A stretch of DNA of 64,000 bases. It comes from an uncultured Bacteroidales bacterium (lineage in GTDB: Bacteria; Bacteroidota; Bacteroidia; Bacteroidales; FEN-979). The notes under the pieces were generated by a model. That model did not search any database and was not told where the DNA came from. It saw nothing but the letters and a program-made list of their open reading frames with translations. The number at the start of each line of letters is the position of its first letter. The first letter of the stretch is position 1. The translations under genes were made by a program, and so were the position numbers. Shown here piece after piece: positions 7,943-15,467 of this stretch. Location of the stretch: positions 16,629 to 80,628 of the forward strand of contig CAISRB010000008.1 in the NCBI GenBank assembly GCA_903887775.1. Direction: 5' to 3'.

Positions 7943-9196
7943 TCAGGAACCTGACAGAAGAAACTTACCCACCTTTTCAAAGATCATTTCAAAGTTCCTG
8001 TCGATCAGACCGGCTTCTGAAACATTCAGGGGAAATGGATTTTCGTGGGTATATTTGTGTTCAAAGTCGAATTCCTCAACAGGGACAGGGATATCGCGGA
8101 AAGCTCCCTGCAGGGTGTTGATGATCTCAAATGAAGAGATCACAGTGTCTTTTTTCAGGCTTATGGCATAAAAGTCTTTTGCATACCTGCGGAAGAGTCC
8201 TTCCCTGAAATCCCTCATCTTCGCATAGTCGAGCATAGCTCTGAAGGTCCTGCCTTCAGGATGGTCTCCTTCAATAAAATGCTTCAGCAGGGGATCCTTT
8301 TTCAGGAAGCTGTCGAAATGTTCAACGAGATACGAATACAATGCCACGTTGGCTTCACTGTCGAGGATGTATTTGCTTACAGGTGATAGCCTGTTAAAGA
8401 CCGCCCCGCTGCAGAACAGGCAGACTTTAGTCCGCCCGAAATAATCTTTATAATTGGTGAGTTTAAGGATCTCTGCAAGCAATCCGCCTATCGAATACGC
8501 AAAAATATTGAACGAGAAGCCGGGATCTATTTGTTCGTGTTTCCCTTCCCGGCATTCCTCAATGAACTGTATCACGTCGTAATATGTCTGCAGTCCCGAC
8601 CAGATAAACCTTTGCGGCATCGAATGCAACCTCATGCTTATGGCCACATTGGTAAGGGTTGAATGGATGATATTCGGGAACCTTTGTTTCCGGGCTTCGC
8701 TGCTGGCGAACATCTTTCGTTTCTCGCTCCATTGGGAAGGACCTCGCTGCATATGGAAGGCAATCGGGTACATGACGACCATGCTGTTTGTATGAAGGCA
8801 GATGGCTCTCGCCCAGGGAAGATACTTGCTCCAGTTCTTCTCATTAAAGCCATGAAACAGCAGCGTGAAGTTCTTAGCCTTCCCGCTTCCCGCAGGCCTC
8901 ATCAGATGTATCGTGAAATGCCTGTTTTCTTTGACGAAAGCATCCGTGATATGGATGTCGTCGTGCAATACTCCTATGTCATTATAATATGAAACAGGAT
9001 AGGAGATATCCTTGTCGTGCTTTTTGCAGTGGTAGTGCTGGTTGCCCGGAAGCAATCCGTGCGACATGGAACTGAATTCAGTGCGGCTGATCACCATCCC
9101 GTCGAATTCCACTTCAGGCCGGCCGGCCAAAAGCGCCTCCTGCAGGCCATGGTAGCTGTTGAAATAATCCATCAAACAAAGGTACAAAAAGGTCAA
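7943..9196 (-). CDS. Hypothetical protein, possible alpha/beta-hydrolase fold
   Basis: 417 aa. The only recognisable motif is a nucleophile-elbow-like FAYSIGGLLAE (A-x-S-x-G). I cannot assign a family from memory. The start could instead be the second Met, at 9172. Confidence 0.35.
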   Translation of the reverse strand: MTFLYLCLMDYFNSYHGLQEALLAGRPEVEFDGMVISRTEFSSMSHGLLPGNQHYHCKKHDKDISYPVSYYNDIGVLHDDIHITDAFVKENRHFTIHLMRPAGSGKAKNFTLLFHGFNEKNWSKYLPWARAICLHTNSMVVMYPIAFHMQRGPSQWSEKRKMFASSEARKQRFPNIIHSTLTNVAISMRLHSMPQRFIWSGLQTYYDVIQFIEECREGKHEQIDPGFSFNIFAYSIGGLLAEILKLTNYKDYFGRTKVCLFCSGAVFNRLSPVSKYILDSEANVALYSYLVEHFDSFLKKDPLLKHFIEGDHPEGRTFRAMLDYAKMRDFREGLFRRYAKDFYAISLKKDTVISSFEIINTLQGAFRDIPVPVEEFDFEHKYTHENPFPLNVSEAGLIDRNFEMIFEKVGKFLLSGS

Positions 9197-9241
9197 ACAT
9201 TATAGACCATGAAGAAGGCTATGATTTATTTACCCTGTACC

Positions 9242-9742
9242 TTACGTAAAGATGATCTGGGTTTGGATCCCGCCGCACTTTTCATAGAAGTCGCCTACGG
9301 TGAGCACGTCCTTTACTCCTTCCCAAAGATCTTCCTTCTTAAGTTTGAACATGTCCATTGCCAGTTTGCAGGCGTATATTTCACCACCGCCGGCTTCTAT
9401 CATTTCAAGGAATTCTTTTACGGGAGGGATGTCAAGCGCTTCCATCTGGCTTTTCATCATCAACGACACACCGGCTTCTACTCCGGGAAGCATGCCAAGA
9501 AGAGTCGGGAACGGCAGCCCGCCGGGCATACGCATTGCAGGATTGCCAACGGTGCCTGTATGAAGGCTGTTCATTTGTTTTTTAGTAATGGCATCCAGTC
9601 CGAAGAAGGTAAAAAAGATCTTCGTCTCAATACCTTCCATCACGGCTCCGTTGCTCATTACCAGGGTTGCATATACGTCTTCAATCGTTCCTTTAGCGCA
9701 TATGATGCAGACTTTTTTCAGGGGAAATTCTTCTTTTGCCAT
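9242..9742 (-). CDS. DsrE/DsrF/DsrH-like (DsrE2-type) sulfur-relay family protein
   Basis: 166 aa. KKVCIICAKGTIEDVYATLVMSNGAVMEGIETKIFFTFFGL plus IYACKLAMDMFKLKKEDL. It is a paralog of 4478-5023. Confidence 0.7.
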   Translation of the reverse strand: MAKEEFPLKKVCIICAKGTIEDVYATLVMSNGAVMEGIETKIFFTFFGLDAITKKQMNSLHTGTVGNPAMRMPGGLPFPTLLGMLPGVEAGVSLMMKSQMEALDIPPVKEFLEMIEAGGGEIYACKLAMDMFKLKKEDLWEGVKDVLTVGDFYEKCGGIQTQIIFT

Positions 9743-9769
9743 TGTTTGTGTTTTTTAGTGCTGTGAATA

Positions 9770-10081
9770 TTACACGCATGAAGCGGGTTTTGGAATACCG
9801 GATATTTTAGCTGCTTTTTTCATGGGAGCTCCGGGAAAAAGCTGGTAGAATCCTTTTATATCAATAAAACCACTGGTCCCCACTGACCTGATAGTGAGGC
9901 TTTCACCTTTTGCCTGCCTTTCACGGAGGTATTCAATTACCTGATAGTGTTTCTCGGTAAGCTCAATACCTTCTTCTTTTGCAATCTCCTTTGCGATGTC
10001 TTTAGTCCATTGTGAACGATCGGTCATGTACCCGTCATCGTTTACATCCACGCTGATTCCAGCAAAAACTTTCTGTGCCAT
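9770..10081 (-). CDS. TusE/DsrC-family sulfur-relay protein (single C-terminal Cys)
   Basis: 103 aa. DDGYMTDRSQWTKDIA..LTEKHYQVIEYLR..GIPKPASCV is the characteristic C-terminal arm ending in CV. Confidence 0.8.
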   Translation of the reverse strand: MAQKVFAGISVDVNDDGYMTDRSQWTKDIAKEIAKEEGIELTEKHYQVIEYLRERQAKGESLTIRSVGTSGFIDIKGFYQLFPGAPMKKAAKISGIPKPASCV

Positions 10082-10132
10082 AATGTTGTGATTAATTTTT
10101 GTTATTACTAATGCTAAATTACAATTTATTAA

Positions 10133-10192
10133 AAGCGAAATGGCGAAAGGCGAAATGGTGAAATTTCGCTTTTCACTTTGAGCTTTTCGCTA
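10133..10192. repeat. GCGAAA-unit imperfect palindrome (member of a dispersed intergenic repeat family)
   Basis: Sequence is aagcgaaatggcgaaaggcgaaatggtgaaa|tttcgcttttcactttgagcttttcgc. The right arm overlaps the last codons and stop of the 10173-10844 gene. Confidence 0.8.
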
Positions 10193-10844
10193 TTTGTTGT
10201 ACAAGCCTGAGCGAGTATGATAAGGACTGCCTCACTTCCGGCGAGTTTAGTTGTTTAAACAATCCGAAAAGTGATTTATTGTCAAGTTTTTCATCGGGTT
10301 TTACTTCGGCAAGTGCAAGAGTCATATTATTCAGGCCTTTCATAAGTGCAGGGTCTGAAAGATTACGTACGATACCTGCAATATTCTCAAGGTTGTTCTG
10401 AAGCCTGATCAGATCTTCCCTTGTGAACAACTGTATCCATTTGTCGACAAAGTTACCGAGTTCACTTATATATTCAAAGTACCCTTTCCTGTCGAGCTCG
10501 TTCATTTTATTCACCGCATCAAGGCCGACCTGGTGCAGTATGGGAGTGACATCCTTCATGAAATCCTTGGCACTTTCCATCATCTCGAACATTTCGTGGA
10601 AGGTGCCGAGGTTCTGAAGTACTTTGATCATAAGTCCCGGCAGGTCCACATGATCGAGTTCAACCTGAGCATTTTCAAGCATTCCGGAGGTATGACGCAC
10701 AACATCTTTAATAACAATGCCCGCATCCTCGACAAAATCGTCGATTTCTTCCCTTTTCTGGTTCTGTAGTGAAACGTATTCCAGGACCATGTCCATTTTC
10801 TGATGGAGCTCATCCAATTGCTCCTGTAATTCTTTTTCAGCCAT
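10173..10844 (-). CDS. DUF1641-like protein (usual partner of SQR-like flavoproteins)
   Basis: 223 aa, helical and acidic. Its position immediately downstream of an SQR-like oxidoreductase matches the common DUF1641 neighbourhood. The family assignment is from memory only. Confidence 0.5.
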   Translation of the reverse strand: MAEKELQEQLDELHQKMDMVLEYVSLQNQKREEIDDFVEDAGIVIKDVVRHTSGMLENAQVELDHVDLPGLMIKVLQNLGTFHEMFEMMESAKDFMKDVTPILHQVGLDAVNKMNELDRKGYFEYISELGNFVDKWIQLFTREDLIRLQNNLENIAGIVRNLSDPALMKGLNNMTLALAEVKPDEKLDNKSLFGLFKQLNSPEVRQSLSYSLRLVQQIAKSSK

Positions 10845-10854
10845 AATCCTGGGT

Positions 10855-12084
10855 TTACATTTTTTTACCTGCCATTGTCATCTTCGAATCGATAGGCATT
10901 TCTTTTCCTTTTAAAAGGATATGCCAGTAGATCCATCGGAACATCAGTTTGCCGTAATGGTTCGTCCGGCTTTCTTTCAGAAGTCCGAAAGGGCCTATTC
11001 CCGGGAATGGGAATGAGCCCGGGAGGGGTTCAGTGTCGTAATTGAAATCAATCAGAGCGCCTTTGCCGAATCCTGTTTCGATGTAACAGTTTGAATGGCC
11101 GTCAAATTTATCGGTTAGCGGCCTGTTTTCGATGGCACACATAAGGTTCTCGGTTAACACATCAGCCTGGAAATGAACCACTGAGCCGGCTTTCGAAGTC
11201 GGAAAATTACCGGCATCACCGATCACGAAGACGTTCGGGAACTGAACCTGCTGAAGAGTATATTTATCGGCTTTTACAAAGTCCATTTCATCACCGAGCC
11301 CGCTGCGCCCGATCACAGGATCTCCTTTGTGTACGGGGATCGTGATCAAACAGTCAAAAGGAATTTCCCTTTCATCGTACGATACAATGGCTTTCTTTTC
11401 ATTGTCGACCCTCTCCATGTAAAAGTCAGGGACAATGTTAATGTTTTTCTGGACCAGCAGTTCTCCCAGGACCTTCGAAGCCCTTGGCTTTGTGAAGGCT
11501 CCGGAAAGAGGGGTCACATAAGTAATGTTGATATCATTCCTGAGACCGCGTTCAACAAAGAACGCGTCGGCGAACATAACGAATTCCAAAGGAGCTACCG
11601 GGCATTTGATCGGCATATCAGCAATGTTCAGAACAAGCTCTTTGCCTTTCCAGGTTTTAAAGAAGCCGGCCAGGGCCGTGGCTCCTTCGTAAGTGTAGAA
11701 GTCAAAGATCTGTTTATGCCATAGCGGCCCTTTCAAACCGGGAGTCTCTTCAGGAGCAGTGCGTGTACCGGTGGCAATGATCAGAAAATCGTACCGCAGA
11801 TTCGTGCCGTCTTTCAGATGGACCGAATTATTTGGTGCATCAATTCGCTCGATCTCCTGAAAGATCATATTGACCCCGAATGGGAGGAAGTTTGTTTTTG
11901 GTTTCACAACATCATGCTTTGTGTAATAACCAAAGGGCATAAAGAGAAAACCCGGTTGATAATAATGGGTTTTACATTGGTCGACGATGGTGATATCCCA
12001 TTCATCGCGCTCAAGAAGGTTACGCATTTTGTTAGCCATAATGGTACCGCCGGTACCAGCGCCAAGGATCAGTAGTTTTTTCAT
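10855..12084 (-). CDS. NAD(P)/FAD-dependent oxidoreductase, sulfide:quinone oxidoreductase-like
   Basis: 409 aa. KKLLILGAGTGGTIMANKM is the FAD fold. MPIKCPVAPLEF and GHSNCYIETG are candidate redox Cys motifs. FVIGDAG is also present. Confidence 0.75.
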   Translation of the reverse strand: MKKLLILGAGTGGTIMANKMRNLLERDEWDITIVDQCKTHYYQPGFLFMPFGYYTKHDVVKPKTNFLPFGVNMIFQEIERIDAPNNSVHLKDGTNLRYDFLIIATGTRTAPEETPGLKGPLWHKQIFDFYTYEGATALAGFFKTWKGKELVLNIADMPIKCPVAPLEFVMFADAFFVERGLRNDINITYVTPLSGAFTKPRASKVLGELLVQKNINIVPDFYMERVDNEKKAIVSYDEREIPFDCLITIPVHKGDPVIGRSGLGDEMDFVKADKYTLQQVQFPNVFVIGDAGNFPTSKAGSVVHFQADVLTENLMCAIENRPLTDKFDGHSNCYIETGFGKGALIDFNYDTEPLPGSFPFPGIGPFGLLKESRTNHYGKLMFRWIYWHILLKGKEMPIDSKMTMAGKKM

Positions 12085-12203
12085 TATCTAAGTAAATATA
12101 GGGGTTCTGTGCAAATATCGACAAAGGTATATATATTTATTTGGTGATACCAAAGCGATTTATAATTTTTTTATAAATTTATATTCAGACTATTTCCAAA
12201 TAC

Positions 12204-12219
12204 TGTTAATGGATTCACA
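12204..12219. promoter_or_regulatory. Weaker Crp/Fnr-like site TGTTAATGGATTCACA upstream of the SQR-like gene
   Basis: One mismatch to TGTGA-N6-TCACA. It lies about 120 nt upstream of the ATG at 12084. Confidence 0.3.
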
Positions 12220-12310
12220 ATGAAAAATAAGTATGAAAATTCGGGTAAGCCCAAGCCCTTGGTTCCGCAGCAAGCTGGGGGGAATTTACATGGAGGGATA
12301 AAACGGATGT

Positions 12311-12360
12311 AAATAAAAATGGCATCGGGGGCATGCATAATAGCTGCACAATGATGCCAT
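12311..12360 (-). terminator. Putative intrinsic terminator downstream of tatA
   Basis: On the minus strand, ATGGCATC..(26 nt)..GATGCCAT is followed by TTTTTATTT. Confidence 0.4.
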
Positions 12361-12381
12361 ATTAAAGAGGGGGGCGGGAAA

Positions 12382-12606
12382 TTATTTTTTCTCTTCCGGC
12401 TTGCTTGTGGTTTCGTCTTTTTTGACGTCGGATTTCAGCTCATCTTCAATGCCGGCCATGCCGTCTTTAAAGCTTTTTACTCCTTTACCGATACCTTTCA
12501 TAAGTTCAGGGATCTTCGATCCGCCGAAAAGCAGCAAAATAATCAGGGCAATGAAGATGATTTCCTGAGTGCCCAAACCGAATATCAATAAAATACCTAA
12601 GGTCAT
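12382..12606 (-). CDS. tatA: Sec-independent translocase protein TatA/E
   Basis: [50 protein letters not shown] chose the internal Met (ATG at 12604-12606) over the 91-aa track ORF because it gives the canonical TatA N-terminus. Confidence 0.8.
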   Translation of the reverse strand: MTLGILLIFGLGTQEIIFIALIILLLFGGSKIPELMKGIGKGVKSFKDGMAGIEDELKSDVKKDETTSKPEEKK

Positions 12607-12660
12607 GATTTCCTGGATTTGAAAGACAAAAGTAAGCAAAGGACCGGATAAATACACATT

Positions 12661-13866
12661 TTATTTTTGTAAAAACATGCAGGCGTCACCATAACTGAGA
12701 AAACGGTAGCCTTTTGCCAACGCATGGGAATAGGCATTCTTCCACTGATCCCCCACGAAGGCAGCGATCAGCAACAGCAGCGTGCTTTTTGGCATATGGA
12801 AGTTGGTTATCAAAGCATTCGTAAACCTGAACGTATAGCCTGGAACGATGATAAGGCTTGTGCTTCCGTCAAATTCATTCAACCCCAGCTTTTCGAGGTA
12901 AGAGATGAGGGCATCCAGCGATTCCTTCGCAGGCGGAAGACTGGAAGAATCTGTTTCATAAGGATCCCATTGGTTCACTTTATTTATTTCAGACCCTGGA
13001 TTTCTGATGGCCTTTACACCCAGCCAGTAGAGGCTTTCAAGTGTCCTTGCAGAGGTTGTGCCTACGGCGATCACAAGACCTTCGAGTGAATCTCTTAAAT
13101 TCCGGAGGGTGGAAAGTTTAACAGTAATGCTTTCACTATGCATGACATGCTCGCGGATGTCGTCAACACTTAAAGGTTTGAATGTTCCCAGGCCCACATG
13201 CAGGGTGACTTTTTCCTCCCTGCAATGCCGGGACCTGAGGCGTTCAAGAAGATCCTTTGTAAAGTGCAGTCCTGCAGTGGGGGCAGCAACCGAACCTTCA
13301 TGCTGGGCATAAACGGTCTGGTAACGCCTGACGTCTTCATCATCAGAATCCCTTATAATATAAGGCGGCAGCGGAACCTGTCCGGCAACGGTAAGGATTT
13401 CTGAAAAGGAAAAGGAAGAAGGTGTCCAGCTGAACTCAATTTCAAAACAACCGTCGCCGAGACTTGCCTTTCTCTCTGCCTTCAGCAAACCACCCTTTTC
13501 ATCCAGGGATTTGATAAGGGCTCCGTTTTTCCATTTTTTTGAATTGCCCACGAGGCAGATCCACCTGCATTCCGACTGCTGCTGAAAAGCAAGCTGAAGA
13601 TCCCGGGAAGGGGATGCCGGTTCAAGGCAAAAGATCTCGATGCTGACGCCATTGGGTTTTGCAAACATCAGCCTGGCTCTGACCACCCTGGTATCGTTAA
13701 AAACCAGAAGGCTTCCTTCCGGGATCAGCTTGTCAAGATCAGAAAAAATGTGATCGGTGATCAGGTCATCCCGTAACAACAGCAGCCGTGATGCATCCCT
13801 GACGCCAAGGGGTCTTTGGGCGATGCGGTCCGCAGGAAGTTCATAAGTATAATCTGCAATATTCAC
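12661..13866 (-). CDS. queA: S-adenosylmethionine:tRNA ribosyltransferase-isomerase
   Basis: MNIADYTYELPADRIAQRPL..RLLLL..HFTKDLL..HVGLGTF..AVGTTS. The start is GTG and overlaps the upstream stop by 1 nt. Confidence 0.9.
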   Translation of the reverse strand: MNIADYTYELPADRIAQRPLGVRDASRLLLLRDDLITDHIFSDLDKLIPEGSLLVFNDTRVVRARLMFAKPNGVSIEIFCLEPASPSRDLQLAFQQQSECRWICLVGNSKKWKNGALIKSLDEKGGLLKAERKASLGDGCFEIEFSWTPSSFSFSEILTVAGQVPLPPYIIRDSDDEDVRRYQTVYAQHEGSVAAPTAGLHFTKDLLERLRSRHCREEKVTLHVGLGTFKPLSVDDIREHVMHSESITVKLSTLRNLRDSLEGLVIAVGTTSARTLESLYWLGVKAIRNPGSEINKVNQWDPYETDSSSLPPAKESLDALISYLEKLGLNEFDGSTSLIIVPGYTFRFTNALITNFHMPKSTLLLLIAAFVGDQWKNAYSHALAKGYRFLSYGDACMFLQK

Positions 13867-15275
13867 TATTTCTTTTCGGTAGTAAAGAACTTCGGTTTAT
13901 AGGTGATCATCAGGTAAGCATACTGGGATCCCTTAACCGAACTTTTCAAACCGTTAAATAATTCCATCGTTGAAGTAGGAAAAAAATAACAATAGGCTGC
14001 ATTAAGTTCTACATTCGGCAGCGGCTTGTAAAGGAACATAAAATCAAGTTCCGAACCAAGGTTTTTATTGACTTTCGTGCCATCGGTAAGGTATTCCTTG
14101 CCAAAGCTGAAATACCTCCAGGTAGCCTCAAGTGAAGTGACTTTGCTGAAATTCACAGTGCCGCGTGCATAGATCTGGTTGAGACCGGGATAATTGGGCG
14201 TTGTCGTAAGCATGCTGTTGAACAGGTCCATATAGCCGTATAACTGATGATTGGTCCCGTAAAGTACATTGAAACTTGTAACTTTCTTTGCAACATCGCT
14301 CTTTTTATCCGGATTATTATCTGTACCGCTCAGGTGCTCATAACCAGCCATTAGCCTGAAGGGCTTCACAATCTGATAAGACGCATTGATGCCGTACATG
14401 TTGGCCGATACCTGTCGCCCGTCCTGGATATGTCCACCCTGGTAGTATCCCCCTGCCCAGATGCCGAGGTTTTTCCAGTTAAACCACACATTACCGCCAA
14501 GTGTAAACCTTGCATAGAGCTGGTTCGGACCTGTAACAGGGACTTGCGATTTCGTGGTGAGCGTTGTATGCCCGACCGTATCCTTTCCGTTGATCACCCA
14601 AAGAGTCTGGGAAGACGTAACTGTCTGGTACTGTGTTGGCAGCTGGTAGGCATCGATGATTCCCATCACTGATATTTTTAACATCTCCTTAAAAAACGTC
14701 TTCTGGTTCCATAAATACGACATGTATTTATAGTTCTTCATGTTATAGTTTGACAGAAATGCCCCTGCCGGGTCGGCATTGTTTATGGCAAAACCGAAAT
14801 CTCCCTGGTATGCGGCTTTGACGACACCCCACTGAAATCCAACCATATCATGCGCAGATCCCTGGGGTCTCCAGTTATTGTAACCGATCACTCTCTGGTC
14901 ATCGTACGAAAGTGTAATACGGCCAACGCGAACAGAGAAGCTGCTGAGGAAATTGTACTTAAACCAGGCTTCAAAAATGTTCACCGTGTTATTCCTTATG
15001 GTGTCGCTGTTATAGAAATTATTTTCCCCGAAAACAAACGCATGCTGCAGTGAAAAACGGGTCGTGAATTTCTCATTATTATAATCGAAAATAATACGTT
15101 CCCGGCCCAGGATATCGCCATAACCGGTCTGGGTCGAATCGCGGAGTTTAGTATACCCGTCCCGGTATTCGGCCCTGGGTCTGAACTCACCTGAAACTGT
15201 AAACTGGGCCATCGAGGATGTGCCCAGAAGCATCAGAAATGCTGTAAGAAAAATTAGTTTATAAAGACTTTGCAT
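13866..15275 (-). CDS. Outer-membrane beta-barrel porin, alginate-export-family-like
   Basis: 469 aa with a signal peptide. The QFTVSGEFRPRAEYRDGY start, alternating aromatic pattern and terminal aromatic-rich strands fit a beta-barrel porin. Confidence 0.5.
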   Translation of the reverse strand: MQSLYKLIFLTAFLMLLGTSSMAQFTVSGEFRPRAEYRDGYTKLRDSTQTGYGDILGRERIIFDYNNEKFTTRFSLQHAFVFGENNFYNSDTIRNNTVNIFEAWFKYNFLSSFSVRVGRITLSYDDQRVIGYNNWRPQGSAHDMVGFQWGVVKAAYQGDFGFAINNADPAGAFLSNYNMKNYKYMSYLWNQKTFFKEMLKISVMGIIDAYQLPTQYQTVTSSQTLWVINGKDTVGHTTLTTKSQVPVTGPNQLYARFTLGGNVWFNWKNLGIWAGGYYQGGHIQDGRQVSANMYGINASYQIVKPFRLMAGYEHLSGTDNNPDKKSDVAKKVTSFNVLYGTNHQLYGYMDLFNSMLTTTPNYPGLNQIYARGTVNFSKVTSLEATWRYFSFGKEYLTDGTKVNKNLGSELDFMFLYKPLPNVELNAAYCYFFPTSTMELFNGLKSSVKGSQYAYLMITYKPKFFTTEKK

Positions 15276-15365
15276 TGTACCTTTGGTTTAAAATTAAGGC
15301 GCAAAAGTAGAAAAAAATCATAAGCGAACGGCACAAACGTGCACATCGAATGCCGTTAAAAAGTG

Positions 15366-15373
15366 TATTTTTG
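15366..15373 (+). promoter_or_regulatory. Candidate -7 promoter box TATTTTTG upstream of pssA
   Basis: Matches TAnnTTTG. It would place the transcription start at about the 5' end of the hairpin element 15379-15447. Confidence 0.3.
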
Positions 15374-15378
15374 TTATT

Positions 15379-15447
15379 ATGAAATACCCATAAAGACTAC
15401 GTTCATACAAAACGCCAATGATAATAATGGGTATTCCATTTGACCAC
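15379..15447 (+). repeat. Conserved 68-nt hairpin element, copy A (possible structured RNA)
   Basis: ATGAAATACCCAT..(42 nt)..ATGGGTATTCCAT gives a 13-bp stem with one A.C mismatch. It is about 81% identical (my hand count, 55 of 68 positions) to 28079-28146, including loop blocks GTTCATAC and AATG. Confidence 0.7.
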
Positions 15448-15467
15448 TAAAAAACAAATTATTAAAA

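Noticed and set aside
9209-9766. 185-aa + strand ORF covering the whole dsrE2-like gene. Similar long antisense ORFs occur elsewhere, for example 44842-45588, 45410-45916, 31693-32181, 4490-4927 and 11329-11724.
   Set aside because: These are shadow ORFs opposite well-supported genes. Their translations are low-complexity or Cys/His/Arg-rich with no recognisable motifs. The opposite-strand products have clear family signatures.
12220-12315. 31-aa ORF (MKNKYENSGKPKPLVPQQAGGNLHGGIKRM) in the 297-bp spacer upstream of the SQR-like gene.
   Set aside because: It has no signal, TM segment or known motif, and it overlaps the putative tatA terminator. It cannot be supported from sequence alone.
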